From assembly GCA_017936385.1 (NCBI GenBank), contig JAGBFQ010000024.1:4927-68926 (forward strand): 64,000 bases of DNA, read 5' to 3'. This document shows positions 1 to 10,749 of this stretch, in pieces (within the stretch, counting starts at the first letter, position 1; each line of letters begins with the position of its first letter). Under the pieces are notes generated by a model that was given only the letters and a program-made list of their open reading frames with translations, was not told where the DNA came from and did not search any database. This DNA is from Rikenellaceae bacterium. Lineage in GTDB: Bacteria > Bacteroidota > Bacteroidia > Bacteroidales > Rikenellaceae. The position numbers and the translations under genes were made by a program.

Positions 1-298
1 GCACCGTATAGTGGCGGTTCAGCATGGGGTCGAACTTAGCCTCTTCGGTTTCGGGCACATACTCCTCGATGCGGCTTACGCCCTCGATACCCATGTTTTG
101 GGTAATCTCCACGGCATTTGTGCTCCACGGAGTAATCATCTCCTTACGGGGGCCGATGAACTTACCCTCCATGCGGTCACCCTCAACTCGTTTGGCGCCA
201 TCGAGCAGCCATTCGAGTTTGACATTATCGTCACTCGAAAGCGGATGATTGCACTCTACGGCGTAAATAACTGTCTGTTTGTCAAATAAGAATATCAT
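1..298 (-). CDS. purL: phosphoribosylformylglycinamidine (FGAM) synthase, large single-chain type, N-terminal fragment running off the window
   Basis: Hand translation of the minus strand from the ATG at 298. It reads MIFLFDKQTVIYAVECNHPLSSDDNVKLEWLLDGAKRVEGDRMEGKFIGPRKEMITPWSTNAVEITQNMGIEG... and stays open to position 1. This resembles the PurL N-terminal domain. It is absent from the ORF track because no stop lies inside the window. Confidence 0.75.
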   Translation of the reverse strand, partial: MIFLFDKQTVIYAVECNHPLSSDDNVKLEWLLDGAKRVEGDRMEGKFIGPRKEMITPWSTNAVEITQNMGIEGVSRIEEYVPETEEAKFDPMLNRHYTV

Positions 299-302
299 AA
301 TG

Positions 303-839
303 TTACTTGTTAGATTTATCGTATTCGGTTATGTGTTGTTTAATCTGTTCAATAATCTGTTCATCGCTCAATCCATCGCACTCCAATACCAAAGATGCTT
401 GCGAATAGTAAGGTTCGCGGTCCGGCAGATTGTGTGTGATGTATTCCAACAACTGCTCGTCGTTCATACCTCGGATGGCTGGTCGTTTCCAACGGCCATG
501 TTCACTGATGCGGCCGACAATATTTGCCGGCGAACGTTTCAGATATACCGTCGGACCGATGCTCTTCATCACCTCGATATTATCACCCTTGCAGGCCATA
601 CCTCCGCCCGTCGAAACCACAAGGTTGTCGCTACTCTCAGAGAGCCACTCCAACACCATTCTCTCGCGGCGACGAAACCACGGCTCGCCCTTCTCGGCAA
701 AAATCTCAGCCACGGTCATTCCCGCTGCTTGTTCAATCACCTTGTCGGAATCGAGCAATTTGTATCCCAACTCCGGGGCGAGTTTGCGACCAAGTTTACT
801 CTTGCCGCAACCCATGTATCCTATCAGAAACAGCGTCAT
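303..839 (-). CDS. aroK: shikimate kinase
   Basis: 178 aa. P-loop GYMGCGKS, followed by a DSD motif and the typical shikimate kinase length. Confidence 0.9.
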   Translation of the reverse strand: MTLFLIGYMGCGKSKLGRKLAPELGYKLLDSDKVIEQAAGMTVAEIFAEKGEPWFRRRERMVLEWLSESSDNLVVSTGGGMACKGDNIEVMKSIGPTVYLKRSPANIVGRISEHGRWKRPAIRGMNDEQLLEYITHNLPDREPYYSQASLVLECDGLSDEQIIEQIKQHITEYDKSNK

Positions 840-842
840 AAT

Positions 843-3569
843 CTAAAACAAATTCAACTGTTCGGTCGGAGGATTAAGGCTCTCGGCCACATCCTCCTGG
901 TCATCTTCAACTATCTCCACCTGGCCATCTTCCAATGCTTGCGGCTGCGAGTTCGAACGTCCTTCCGACGGCACTTGAGTCTGGTCATCCTCAGCGTCGT
1001 CACTCGCCGGTTCTTCAGGTGCGGGTTTTACGCCCTTCAGAAGTTCGATGGTGGCGACTTCGAACGTTGTCAGTCGTTTACCTTTGGCGCGGTGGCTCTT
1101 GATGGCAATGAACTCCTCGGGGTCTATCATCTCCTCAGCACGTGCGGCGTGTGCTCCACCGAACACCACCTTAATAATACTACGTGAATCGCACGCCACA
1201 TGTTTCATCACGCAGTCGTCATCCACGAATTGTTGCATCTTTTCGCTATCTTCGGCTTGGAATCGTTTGAGGTAGTAGTACCTTTGGGTATCATCCCAAT
1301 AGACCACATCCAACACTGTTCGTGCGTCGTACTTCATCACCTTGATGGTATCCTCGGGGAAGTGATGTCCCAACTCGAAGTCCGTAACATAATATTTGCT
1401 CGAAGTCACAACCAGCAATTTGTCACCACCCTTGAACTCACCCAGCGGTCGTCCGTGGCCCTCGGTGTTGAGTCGTCGAACCTCCTCGTCAAACCATACT
1501 TGTTCGCCACCCAACGTACTTGTTCCCTTCTGTTTGAGCACAATCTTGCTTATACCGTAGCGCGAGAACAGATTACCCTGACTTTGGCGGCCCTTGATGG
1601 CTATGGTTGCGAAGTCAAGCTCCGTGATGACCTTTTTCAGACGCGGACGCGGACGGAAGTAGACCTTCAGCACCTCGGCCTCGCCGTTATGGTTGACACT
1701 CATATAGAGTATGTCGCTACCGGCCGTACCTTTGGTAAGGTTGTAGACCTTGTCGCGGGTAATGCTCGTGATGGCACAACGTTTCATCATAATGGGGCCG
1801 TTCTTACCATCCCTATACAATATATTATATATAGTGCGTTCGTCGCCTCGTTTGAACACTCCTATATAGTGAATATTCTTGGCAAAGAAATCTTTCTCCT
1901 GCACTTTGCGAATTGTGTACTCGCCGTTCTTGCAGATAATGATAATATCGTCGATATCCGAGCAGTCGCACACCAACTCGGCATCCTTCATACTCTTGCC
2001 GATTCCGAAGAATCCCTCGGCCCTATCCACATACAATTTGGCATTATTGACTGCCACCTTAACTGCATCAATCAAGTCGAAGGAACGGATTTCGGTGCGT
2101 CGTTCGCGTCCCTTGCCATACTTCTCCTTGATATGCGTATAGTAGTTAATGGTATAATCAACGATATGTTCGATATTGTGACGCACCTGTTTCTCCTCGG
2201 CCTCGATGGCGCGAATTTGCTCATCGGCCTTATCGGCGTTGTAACGCGAGATTCGGATAAACGGCAGTTCGGTCAGGCGCACAACATCCTCTGCCGAAAC
2301 CGCTCTGCGTAACTGCTTTTTGAACGGTTCCAAACCCTCGTCCACAGCCGAATACGCAGCCTCTTTGGTTCGGCACCCCTCGATGCGTTGGTAGATTTTG
2401 TTCTGAATAAAGATTCGCTCCAGACTTGTCATATGCCAAGCGTCGGCCAACTCGTCCAGACGGATTTCCAATTCTCGGCGCAACAAACCCTTGGTGTGTT
2501 CGGCACTATAACGCAGAATCTCGCTCACACCCATAAAGTGAGGTTTATCCTCGTAAATCACACACGAGTTGGGCGAAATCGAAACCTCGCAATCGGTGAA
2601 TGCGTACAGTGCGTCGATAGTCTTGTCGCTCGACTCGTCGTTGCTCACCTGAACGATAATTTCGACCGTTGCAGCAGTATTGTCGTCCACCTTCTTGATT
2701 TTGATTTTACCCTTCTCGAAGGCCTTCTTGATGGAGGCAATGATACTGCCCGAGGTTGTACCATAAGGGATTTCGGTTATCGACAGCGTACGTTTGTCAA
2801 TCTTCGAAATCTTGGCGCGCACCTTCACTGCGCCGCCCCTCAAGCCGTCGTTATATTTCGACACGTCGATATAACCGCCCGTCGGGAAATCGGGATAGAG
2901 TTCAAACTCCTCGCCACGCAGGTAGGCAATGCTCGCGTCCAACAACTCGTTGAAGTTGTGTGGCAGAATCTTCGAGGCCAAACCCACGGCAATACCCTCG
3001 GCTCCTTGAGCCAGCACCAACGGGAATTTCACAGGCAGAGTCACAGGTTCCTCATTACGGCCGTCATACGACATCATCCACGCTGTGGTCTTGGGATTGA
3101 ATACCACCTCCAGCGCGAACTTCGACAGACGAGCCTCGATATAACGAGGTGCCGCTGCATCGTCACCCGTAAGGATGTTACCCCAGTTACCTTGACACTC
3201 CACCAGCAAGTCTTTCTGACCCAACTGCACCAGCGCGTCACCAATCGAGGCATCGCCGTGCGGGTGAAACTGCATGGTGTGACCAACGATGTTTGCCACC
3301 TTGTTGAAACGTCCGTCATCCAGCCTGCGCATCGAGTGCATGATACGTCGTTGCACCGGTTTGAAACCATCCTCCAAATGGGGCACGGCACGTTCCAAAA
3401 TAACATACGAAGCATAGTCGAGCCACCAATTCTTGAATTGGCCTGCCAGCATGGTCGTATGACCACCATCATTGGTAAAGCGGTCGTATTTCGACGATTT
3501 GCGAACCTCCGTCACAGCTGTTTCGGCCACTTGGTTCTCCATCTGGTTCATCTGTATCTCCTTGTCCAT
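843..3569 (-). CDS. parC: DNA topoisomerase IV subunit A (GyrA/ParC family)
   Basis: 908 aa. Motifs FKPVQRRIMHSM, HPHGDASIGDALV and the active-site Tyr context AAPRYIEARL. It lies directly downstream of a ParE/GyrB-type gene. The acidic C-terminal tail is not GyrA-like. Confidence 0.85.
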   Translation of the reverse strand: MDKEIQMNQMENQVAETAVTEVRKSSKYDRFTNDGGHTTMLAGQFKNWWLDYASYVILERAVPHLEDGFKPVQRRIMHSMRRLDDGRFNKVANIVGHTMQFHPHGDASIGDALVQLGQKDLLVECQGNWGNILTGDDAAAPRYIEARLSKFALEVVFNPKTTAWMMSYDGRNEEPVTLPVKFPLVLAQGAEGIAVGLASKILPHNFNELLDASIAYLRGEEFELYPDFPTGGYIDVSKYNDGLRGGAVKVRAKISKIDKRTLSITEIPYGTTSGSIIASIKKAFEKGKIKIKKVDDNTAATVEIIVQVSNDESSDKTIDALYAFTDCEVSISPNSCVIYEDKPHFMGVSEILRYSAEHTKGLLRRELEIRLDELADAWHMTSLERIFIQNKIYQRIEGCRTKEAAYSAVDEGLEPFKKQLRRAVSAEDVVRLTELPFIRISRYNADKADEQIRAIEAEEKQVRHNIEHIVDYTINYYTHIKEKYGKGRERRTEIRSFDLIDAVKVAVNNAKLYVDRAEGFFGIGKSMKDAELVCDCSDIDDIIIICKNGEYTIRKVQEKDFFAKNIHYIGVFKRGDERTIYNILYRDGKNGPIMMKRCAITSITRDKVYNLTKGTAGSDILYMSVNHNGEAEVLKVYFRPRPRLKKVITELDFATIAIKGRQSQGNLFSRYGISKIVLKQKGTSTLGGEQVWFDEEVRRLNTEGHGRPLGEFKGGDKLLVVTSSKYYVTDFELGHHFPEDTIKVMKYDARTVLDVVYWDDTQRYYYLKRFQAEDSEKMQQFVDDDCVMKHVACDSRSIIKVVFGGAHAARAEEMIDPEEFIAIKSHRAKGKRLTTFEVATIELLKGVKPAPEEPASDDAEDDQTQVPSEGRSNSQPQALEDGQVEIVEDDQEDVAESLNPPTEQLNLF

Positions 3570-3583
3570 AGCTCCTCTCCTCC

Positions 3584-5446
3584 TTAAATCAAATCTTCAA
3601 CATAGTCGGCCTCAACCCTCAGGTTGTCGATAATGAAATCGCGGCGGTCGGGGGTGTTGGTACCCATATAAAACTCCAACATTTCGTGAATAGTATCATC
3701 CTTCGAGAGTTTGACTTTATCCAAACGAATGTTATCGCCAATAAACTCGCGGAACTCATCGGGCGAAATCTCACCCAAACCTTTGAATCGGGTGATTTCG
3801 GGATTCTTGCCCAACTTGGCAATGGCCTTTTGACGCTCCTCCTCGCTGTAACAATAGATTGTCTCCTTCTTGTTGCGCACGCGGAACAGCGGAGTCTGCA
3901 ACACATACAAGTGGCCCTTGCGAATCACGTCGGGGAAGAACTGCAGGAAGAATGTCAACATCAGCAGACGGATGTGCATACCGTCCACATCGGCATCGGT
4001 TGCAATCACAATCTTGTTGTAACGCAGATTCTCGACATCCTCTTCGATGTTAAGTGCGGCTTGAAGGAAGTTGAACTCCTCATTATCGTACACCACCTTT
4101 TTGCTGTGGCCAAAGCTATTGAACGGTTTACCACGCAGCGAGAACACCGCTTGGGTCAACACATTTCGACTTTTGGTAATCGAACCACTCGCCGACTTAC
4201 CCTCGGTGATGAACAACATAGTCTTTTCGGCCAAATCGCTCTTATCGTTACGGTGAATCTTGCAGTCCCTCACTTTTTCGTTGTTAAGGCTCACCTTCTT
4301 GGCATTCTCGCGTGCTTTTTTCTGCACACCCGAAATCGCTTTACGCTCCTTCTCATTCTCGGCAATCTTACGTCCCAACGTTTCGGCCGTCGTGGGGTTC
4401 TTGTGCAGGTAGTTGTCGAGGTGTTCGCCCATAAAGTCCACAATGTAGTTTCGCAGCGACACACCCGGTTCAATCTCCTTGCTACCGAGTTTAATTTTGG
4501 TTTGCGACTCAAACACGGGGTCGGTAACTTTGACCGCCACAGCCGCGATTATCGAAGTTCGGATGTCCGAAGCGTCGAAATCCTTGCGATAAAACTCCTT
4601 GATAGTTTTGGTCAAAGCCTCACGGAAAGCCGCCTGATGGGTACCTCCCTGCGGAGTGTATTGACCGTTGACAAACGAGAAATAGGTTTCGCCGTAGCTT
4701 GTACCGTGGGTCAACACAATCTCTATATCCTTGCCCGTAAGGTGGATGGGTGCATAGAGCGGCTCCTCGCCCAAACTCTCGTTCACCAAATCCAACAGAC
4801 CGTTCTTCGACACGTAGTTCACGCCGTTGAAACGGATGGTAAGTCCCGAGTTGAGGTAGGTATAGTTCTTAACGAGCTGTTCAACGAAATCCAGATTATA
4901 GCTATACTCACCGAACACCTCCTTATCAACTTTATATCGGATGCAGGTTCCGTTCTTCTCACTCAAGCCACTCTCCCATTGGTCGCTCTGTTCGAGTCCT
5001 TGAGCAAAAGTTACGGTATGCGCCTCGCCATCGCGCACCGAGCGTGCCGTAAACTCGCTCGACAGCATATTCACAGCCTTGACACCAACACCATTCAAAC
5101 CCACGGTTTTCTTAAAAGCGGAACCTTCGCCATATTTTGCACCTGTATTCATCTCGCTCACCGCCTTGGTCAGCGAGTTCAGCGGAATACCTCGTCCATA
5201 GTCACGCACGGTAACAAAATCATCCTCGATGGTGAGTTCAATCTGTTTACCGTTGCCCATGATAAATTCGTCGATAGAGTTATCCACGACCTCTTTGATG
5301 AGGACATAGATACCGTCATCGGATTGCGAACCGTCGCCGAGTTTGCCGATATACATACCCGGACGGCGGCGAATATGTTCACGCGGGTTAAGCGTGATAA
5401 TATCGTCGTCGGTGTAGTTATTGATTTGTATTTGCTGTTGGCTCAT
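3584..5446 (-). CDS. parE: DNA topoisomerase IV subunit B (GyrB/ParE family)
   Basis: 620 aa. GHKL ATPase motif EVVDNSIDE and Toprim motifs EGKSASG and [12 protein letters not shown]. The short (ParE-like) length is paired with parC. Confidence 0.85.
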   Translation of the reverse strand: MSQQQIQINNYTDDDIITLNPREHIRRRPGMYIGKLGDGSQSDDGIYVLIKEVVDNSIDEFIMGNGKQIELTIEDDFVTVRDYGRGIPLNSLTKAVSEMNTGAKYGEGSAFKKTVGLNGVGVKAVNMLSSEFTARSVRDGEAHTVTFAQGLEQSDQWESGLSEKNGTCIRYKVDKEVFGEYSYNLDFVEQLVKNYTYLNSGLTIRFNGVNYVSKNGLLDLVNESLGEEPLYAPIHLTGKDIEIVLTHGTSYGETYFSFVNGQYTPQGGTHQAAFREALTKTIKEFYRKDFDASDIRTSIIAAVAVKVTDPVFESQTKIKLGSKEIEPGVSLRNYIVDFMGEHLDNYLHKNPTTAETLGRKIAENEKERKAISGVQKKARENAKKVSLNNEKVRDCKIHRNDKSDLAEKTMLFITEGKSASGSITKSRNVLTQAVFSLRGKPFNSFGHSKKVVYDNEEFNFLQAALNIEEDVENLRYNKIVIATDADVDGMHIRLLMLTFFLQFFPDVIRKGHLYVLQTPLFRVRNKKETIYCYSEEERQKAIAKLGKNPEITRFKGLGEISPDEFREFIGDNIRLDKVKLSKDDTIHEMLEFYMGTNTPDRRDFIIDNLRVEADYVEDLI

Positions 5447-5606
5447 ATTGTGTATTTCTCTATTCTCTTTCTTTGGTATTCTGTCAAGCGCAGATTATCC
5501 GCTCTATTACTTATCCCCCCTATCTCATGGGGAAGTCCCTCTATTGCCCCCCTCACTTATGTTGCGTGGGCAAAATTACCGCCCCACTCTGCCATTTGGC
5601 GTCAGA

Positions 5607-6428
5607 CTATTTGCGCGAGGCTCTGATTTCGGCGTCGAGTTGCTCTTTGGCTGCCACCATTTGCTCGCGCGTCACATCCATCAGCTCCTTGAGCTCAGCA
5701 GTTGCAACCTCCTCGGCCGAAATCGACGGCAGAACCTTAATTCCCAAGTCGTGTTTCCAACGGAACAAGAACGATTTGCGAAATGTTTGGCGTGTTCCGC
5801 TCACAACAATGGGTTGAATTCCCACTCCGGCACTCTTTGCAAGGTTAAACGCACCTGTTTTGAATTTACCCATCTGGTCATTTTTCGAACGTGTACCCTC
5901 GGGGAACATTGCCACACACACACCACGGTCAAGCCACATCTTGCCTTTTTTCATCACCTCCATTGCACCTTTCTTGGTTCCGCGGTCGACAAGTATGTCG
6001 CCGTGCATTGCTATCATCTGTCCGAAGCCGGGCATAGTCCTCAACTCCTTTTTGGCAACCCAGCGGAAGTTCAGGCCCACGAAGTAGAGATAAGGCACAT
6101 CGAACATCGAGCAGTGGTTAACCACCACAACCCACGGTTTTGTGGAGTCTATATTTTCGAAACCCGAGTGGTGTTTGCGCCACCCCCACGGCAGACTGAA
6201 GAATCCCGTAGCAAAGATTCTCGACACCTCGTGAATGATGGTGCGCTTGGAATCAAAGGGCACGGTCAGCACCCACAAAACGGCCGTAACCACCACCATA
6301 ACAGTCACAAGCACGACCCACAAAAGGATATAAAACAGTGAAATCATAGTCAAATGCTCTAAAAATTTTACAATTTTAGTTATTTTAAATGAATTCACAC
6401 GCGCATGCGACCGTTTTTTTATCAACAT
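5607..6428 (-). CDS. plsC: 1-acyl-sn-glycerol-3-phosphate acyltransferase (LPLAT family)
   Basis: HxxxxD motif in VVNHCSMFD and the FPEGTRS motif, with an N-terminal TM helix. The true start may be the internal Met at about 6347 (MISLFYIL...). Confidence 0.8.
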   Translation of the reverse strand: MLIKKRSHARVNSFKITKIVKFLEHLTMISLFYILLWVVLVTVMVVVTAVLWVLTVPFDSKRTIIHEVSRIFATGFFSLPWGWRKHHSGFENIDSTKPWVVVVNHCSMFDVPYLYFVGLNFRWVAKKELRTMPGFGQMIAMHGDILVDRGTKKGAMEVMKKGKMWLDRGVCVAMFPEGTRSKNDQMGKFKTGAFNLAKSAGVGIQPIVVSGTRQTFRKSFLFRWKHDLGIKVLPSISAEEVATAELKELMDVTREQMVAAKEQLDAEIRASRK

Positions 6429-6474
6429 TTAATCAAAAATCACTACCTTTGACCCGTCAAACCATAAAATTTCA

Positions 6475-7365
6475 ATGATGAAAAAAGCGTATGTATTCCC
6501 CGGACAAGGGGCACAATTCCCCGGAATGGGACGCGACCTTTACGAAAGTTCGCAGGTGGCGAAAGAGATGTTTGAGAGAGCGAACCAGGTACTCGGCTTC
6601 CGCATTACCGACATCATGTTTGGCGAGGATGCCGAGGCATTGAAACAGACAGCCGTAACACAACCTGCAGTATTCCTGCACTCGGTCATCATGGCCAAAG
6701 TTCTGGGTGAGGAATTTGCGCCCGACATGGTTGCTGGTCACTCACTTGGAGAGTTTTCGGCGCTTGTGGCTGCAGGCGCCCTGTCATTCGAGGACGGACT
6801 TAAATTGGTAGCCAAACGTGCTGCCGCAATGCAGAAGGCTTGCGAAGCTGCACCCTCAACCATGGCTGCTGTTCTCGGCCTTGAGGATAGTGTGGTTGAA
6901 CAGGCTTGTGCCGAAATCGACGGCGTGGTGGTTGCAGCAAACTACAACTGTCCCGGACAGCTGGTAATTTCGGGAACTATCGAGGCGGTGGACGCTGCAT
7001 GCGCCAAACTCAAAGCGTTGGGTGCACGACGTGCCCTGCGTCTGCCCGTAGGAGGTGCTTTCCACTCGCCGCTTATGGAGCCTGCGCGTGTCGAGTTGAG
7101 CGAGGCAATAGAGCAAGCGGAGTTCATGACACCCCGTTGCCCGGTCTACCAAAATGTAGATGCAAAACCACACACCGACCCCTCGCAAATCAAGCAAAAT
7201 CTGGTAGCTCAACTGACCTCTCCCGTGCGTTGGACCTACTGTGTTCAGAACATGATTTCGGATGGTGCGAGCGACTTCACGGAGCTTGGTCCGGGCAAAG
7301 TTCTCCAGGGACTTATCACCAAGATTAACAAGGATGTAAGCGCCGTATCTAAAGAAACAATTTAA
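6475..7365 (+). CDS. fabD: malonyl-CoA:ACP transacylase
   Basis: 296 aa. Motifs FPGQGAQ and the active-site GHSLGEFSAL. Confidence 0.95.
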   Translation: MMKKAYVFPGQGAQFPGMGRDLYESSQVAKEMFERANQVLGFRITDIMFGEDAEALKQTAVTQPAVFLHSVIMAKVLGEEFAPDMVAGHSLGEFSALVAAGALSFEDGLKLVAKRAAAMQKACEAAPSTMAAVLGLEDSVVEQACAEIDGVVVAANYNCPGQLVISGTIEAVDAACAKLKALGARRALRLPVGGAFHSPLMEPARVELSEAIEQAEFMTPRCPVYQNVDAKPHTDPSQIKQNLVAQLTSPVRWTYCVQNMISDGASDFTELGPGKVLQGLITKINKDVSAVSKETI

Positions 7366-7369
7366 GCAA

Positions 7370-7406
7370 CATAGGCTGTTCGAAATTCGAACAGCCTATG
7401 CTTTTT
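7370..7406. terminator. bidirectional rho-independent terminator between convergent fabD and recR
   Basis: Near-perfect palindrome CATAGGCTGTTCGAA-A-TTCGAACAGCCTATG followed by CTTTTTC. Confidence 0.8.
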
Positions 7407-7421
7407 CTTAGGGATATTTCT

Positions 7422-8024
7422 TTACAAAGTCTGGCGATTATTCAGTGCATGGCGGATGGTATACTCGTCGGCGTACTCAATCTCATCACCAAAGCCAATT
7501 CCTCGCGCCAAAGTGGTAATTTTAACCTCGGGATAGTTCTTCAGACGGCTCTTGATGTAGAACATCGTAGTCTCGCACTCCATCGATGTTCCGATGGCCA
7601 AAATCACCTCCTTGACCCCTTCGGTCACAACATTATCCACCAGCAAATCAATCTTCAAATCCGACGGGCCAACACCTCGCATGGGCGAAATAACATCACC
7701 CAATACGTGATACAATCCCCGATACGTTTTAGTATTTTCGATGCTCATCACATCACCCACATGCTCAACAACACAAATGGTCGAACGGTCGCGTCGCGCA
7801 TCGCTACAAATGGGGCACAACTCACTATCCGACAAATTATTGCATCGTCTACAATAGCGAATCCCCGTACGAAAACGGCTCACTGCGTCCACAAATTGTT
7901 CGACCTCAGCTTCGGTACGACGCAGCAAGTGCAACGACAATCTGAGCGCGGTTCGTCCTCCCACTCCAGGCAGCTTGGCAAACTCGCCAACCACATCATT
8001 CAGCAACTCCGACATATCAATCAA
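7422..8024 (-). CDS. recR: recombination protein RecR
   Basis: 200 aa. Helix-hairpin-helix N-terminus, C4 zinc finger CRRCNNLSDSELCPIC and a Toprim domain. Confidence 0.95.
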   Translation of the reverse strand: MIDMSELLNDVVGEFAKLPGVGGRTALRLSLHLLRRTEAEVEQFVDAVSRFRTGIRYCRRCNNLSDSELCPICSDARRDRSTICVVEHVGDVMSIENTKTYRGLYHVLGDVISPMRGVGPSDLKIDLLVDNVVTEGVKEVILAIGTSMECETTMFYIKSRLKNYPEVKITTLARGIGFGDEIEYADEYTIRHALNNRQTL

Positions 8025-8787
8025 TAATAGCTATGGAGGAGGTAAGCAGCCAGCCTTTATTGCCATCAGCAATCGAAACCTCGCTCCAATCGCCCAAGCG
8101 GTCGAGTACCGTCACTCGCGTACCCTCGTGAATCACAAAAATATCTTTACTCGTCCTCTCGGGCGAACTTTTAACCGGCACGGCGCTCTGCATAACAACC
8201 GCCTCCGAGGAGTGTAGCGCCCTTGTGCGTTGTGCCGAAGCAAAACTCATCGACAACACAACCAACAGACCTGCCACAACGGCCACACCAAAGCCCACTT
8301 TACGGTAACGCAAACCTATTGGCAACAGATAGAACATCAGAGCCACCAAAGCCACCAACAGCATCACAAGCGAGGTAACAGCCCAAGCATTACTACTCAT
8401 AGCCGTACGCACACCTCGCATCCAGCGTGAAGCAAAAAACTCGGGCACAACTTCAATTTGGTCTTTGACGTATCCTTCGGCCACACGCAGATTATACTGT
8501 GTATCCTCATCCGCAGGGTCGAGTCTGAGAGCCTTATTGTAGTAGAGCACCGCCTTACCGATAGAACCGTTTTTGAAGTGCGCACCACCCATATTGTAAT
8601 ACAACTTGGGGCTTACCATACCAGCCCCTTCGATTGAGTCATAGATAGCAATAGCCCCGGCCCAATCTCCATTCATATAGGCCGTATTTGCGCTATCCCA
8701 CTGACGGTCATACACACCGCCCGCATGCACCAATTGAACGCCCAACAACAGGGTGAAAACAAATATTAATACACGTTTTATAATCAT
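8017..8787 (-). CDS. batE: BatE-like TPR / SH3 domain membrane protein
   Basis: Signal/TM N-terminus, TPR repeats (YYNMGGAHFKNGSIGKAVLYYNKALRLDP), internal TM helices and a C-terminal SH3-like segment (VIHEGTRVTVLDRLGDWSEV). It lies immediately downstream of the batD-like gene. Confidence 0.7.
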   Translation of the reverse strand: MIIKRVLIFVFTLLLGVQLVHAGGVYDRQWDSANTAYMNGDWAGAIAIYDSIEGAGMVSPKLYYNMGGAHFKNGSIGKAVLYYNKALRLDPADEDTQYNLRVAEGYVKDQIEVVPEFFASRWMRGVRTAMSSNAWAVTSLVMLLVALVALMFYLLPIGLRYRKVGFGVAVVAGLLVVLSMSFASAQRTRALHSSEAVVMQSAVPVKSSPERTSKDIFVIHEGTRVTVLDRLGDWSEVSIADGNKGWLLTSSIAIID

Positions 8788-8792
8788 GGCCT

Positions 8793-10664
8793 CTATATCT
8801 TTTTAAGCGATTCGATTTTCGACAACAATTTGACGCTATCAGCATACACCTCCTGCATCTGACCCGACGCCAAGGGTGAATATTGCGCCATCTCGCACTC
8901 CGAAATCAGTTCGATGAAACGTTGAGCCTGCTCCTCGGCAAAGCCTCGTTTGGTGAGTTCTCCGCGAATATTCTCCTTACTGAGGTTGGCCACGGGGATA
9001 TTGAGTTTATCACTCATATAGCCCCACAGCGCGCGCAGGGTTTCATCATAGAATCCGCGTTCGTTACCCTCGGTCATATATCTTTGCGCCGCTTTGAGTC
9101 GTTGCAGAGCCACCTTATTAGCCTTCTTACCACGCACAAAGGTTGCATTATTCATATTGTTGATATATCGTTTCAGCGGCAGATAAGCAAGTACAAACAC
9201 CAATATCAGTCCTGCAACCAGAATGAAGTACAACGGGCTCCACATAAACAATCGACCTTTGGGTGAAAGTTCCGCCGCACCCAACTTGATGAAACGAATG
9301 TCTTTGTCCAACATCTTCACCTCCTCTTTGCTCAATCCGCTCACAATACCCGACATCGTATGGCATGCCATAGAATCTGCCTCAACGCGGATTGTCATTT
9401 CGCGCGTGTTGAGTGTTACATATTTGGCTGTTCGGGGATTGAAGTAGCTGAACTCCACCGCAGGGATGGTAAACTCGCCCTCGGCACGAGCGATGAACGG
9501 ATACTCAAACTGACGATAACCCGAAATTCCAGACGAAGAACTTTGTAGGCTTTCGGTCATCTTGACATTATACTGTTCGAACGAGGTTGGCAGCGTAAGA
9601 GTCGGAGCCTGAATCAACGGCAAGTTGCCACGTCCCGAGACCTTAACCGTGTAGGTTGCGCTCGAGTTGGCGTTGATTTGGTCGGCAGGCAGTGTTGCGT
9701 CGAGCGTAAACTGTCCGACGGCACCCGCAAAGCTATGCGGCGCACCCGAAGGCAATTCAAGCACCTCGACCATTTGGCGCGTCGAAGTCAACGTCTTGCG
9801 CACCTCCTGTACCACGTCCATAGCACCAAAGAAGTCGTCGAACATTGATTGGCGTCCCGCAGGTTGTGTTACGATGCGTGCCACAACGGTCAACTCGAAC
9901 GGCTCAATCTGCAATCGTCCAACCTGTTGCGGGAAAAGCAGATACTCTTGCAGAATGTGGGTATCATAAACCTTTCCGTTGTAGGCTTCGCTTTGCCACG
10001 TATAGTCCACGCCTTTGAGTTCCTGCATCCAGAAACCGTTAAAGGTCGGGAACTTGGAATTCTCGATTCCGCTAAGTTGTGTACGGGTATATAGTTTGAT
10101 TGTTGCGCGAATAGGCTCTCCCTTATAGACCCTGGTTTTATCCAAATTCACCGCTACGAATATATCATCCTTGCCGATTCCCTTGGTCGATTGCTTACCT
10201 CCTTGAGTGCGTTGAGCGTCTTGTTGCGCGCCACTTTGCGTAGTCGGCGAACCTCCGGCCGAAGCACCCTCGTCCACCACGGCAATAGTTTGCGGGCGGG
10301 TCATATACTTCTCATCATCCACCTCTACGGTAGCCTCCGAGATTGTTGCCGTACCCTCGCTATTAGCCTGCACCACATAGGTATAGGTGTAGCTCACCGA
10401 TTTGGTAATCTCGCCGTTAACGATACTTGTCGACGAAGAATAAGAGGTCGACGGTCCGGCCATAACATCCAGCCCTTTGAATTCAGGGCCATCAAACTTG
10501 TCGGGTTTGGCATTTACCACAAACTCGATGCGAAACAATTCGCCCATCTGCACTGCGCCAGGGGCAGCCACCTCGAAGGTTATTCCCCCTTTCTGCGCCA
10601 GCGCCGGGAGCGAGCACATCGCCATGGCAAATGTCAATAAAAGAGTCTTTATACGTCCGTACAT
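8793..10664 (-). CDS. batD: BatD-like (oxygen tolerance) membrane protein
   Basis: The internal Met gives a signal peptide MYGRIKTLLLTFAMAMCSLPALAQ. A large beta-rich ectodomain is followed by a C-terminal TM helix and helical tail. The ORF-track start at 10790 would overlap the fumarate hydratase stop, so the ATG at 10664 is preferred. Confidence 0.7.
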   Translation of the reverse strand: MYGRIKTLLLTFAMAMCSLPALAQKGGITFEVAAPGAVQMGELFRIEFVVNAKPDKFDGPEFKGLDVMAGPSTSYSSSTSIVNGEITKSVSYTYTYVVQANSEGTATISEATVEVDDEKYMTRPQTIAVVDEGASAGGSPTTQSGAQQDAQRTQGGKQSTKGIGKDDIFVAVNLDKTRVYKGEPIRATIKLYTRTQLSGIENSKFPTFNGFWMQELKGVDYTWQSEAYNGKVYDTHILQEYLLFPQQVGRLQIEPFELTVVARIVTQPAGRQSMFDDFFGAMDVVQEVRKTLTSTRQMVEVLELPSGAPHSFAGAVGQFTLDATLPADQINANSSATYTVKVSGRGNLPLIQAPTLTLPTSFEQYNVKMTESLQSSSSGISGYRQFEYPFIARAEGEFTIPAVEFSYFNPRTAKYVTLNTREMTIRVEADSMACHTMSGIVSGLSKEEVKMLDKDIRFIKLGAAELSPKGRLFMWSPLYFILVAGLILVFVLAYLPLKRYINNMNNATFVRGKKANKVALQRLKAAQRYMTEGNERGFYDETLRALWGYMSDKLNIPVANLSKENIRGELTKRGFAEEQAQRFIELISECEMAQYSPLASGQMQEVYADSVKLLSKIESLKKI

Positions 10665-10749
10665 GTGCTTGTATTTTTGTGTAGACAGCCCCGATGCTCG
10701 CACCATAAGCGAACATCGGGACAGTCTATTAACGTACCACCAGGGTATT

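Noticed and set aside
3686-5626. Very long ORFs antisense to real genes. Examples: 279-1187, 1200-2312, 2388-3587, 3686-5626, 10942-12297, 33741-35030, 37698-38792, 40857-41918, 46847-48544, 48508-49827, 51025-51951, 51707-52642, 55841-57124, 58898-59827.
   Set aside because: Each lies opposite a gene with clear family motifs. Their translations are low-complexity (rich in R, H, L, V, Q) with no recognisable domains. They are typical shadow ORFs of GC-richer coding DNA.
8017-10664. batD/batE present without adjacent batA-C, considered as an operon truncation.
   Set aside because: The upstream neighbour is an intact fumarate hydratase on the same strand. The remaining bat genes may simply lie elsewhere. 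Nothing in the sequence indicates decay, so it is not reported as a finding.
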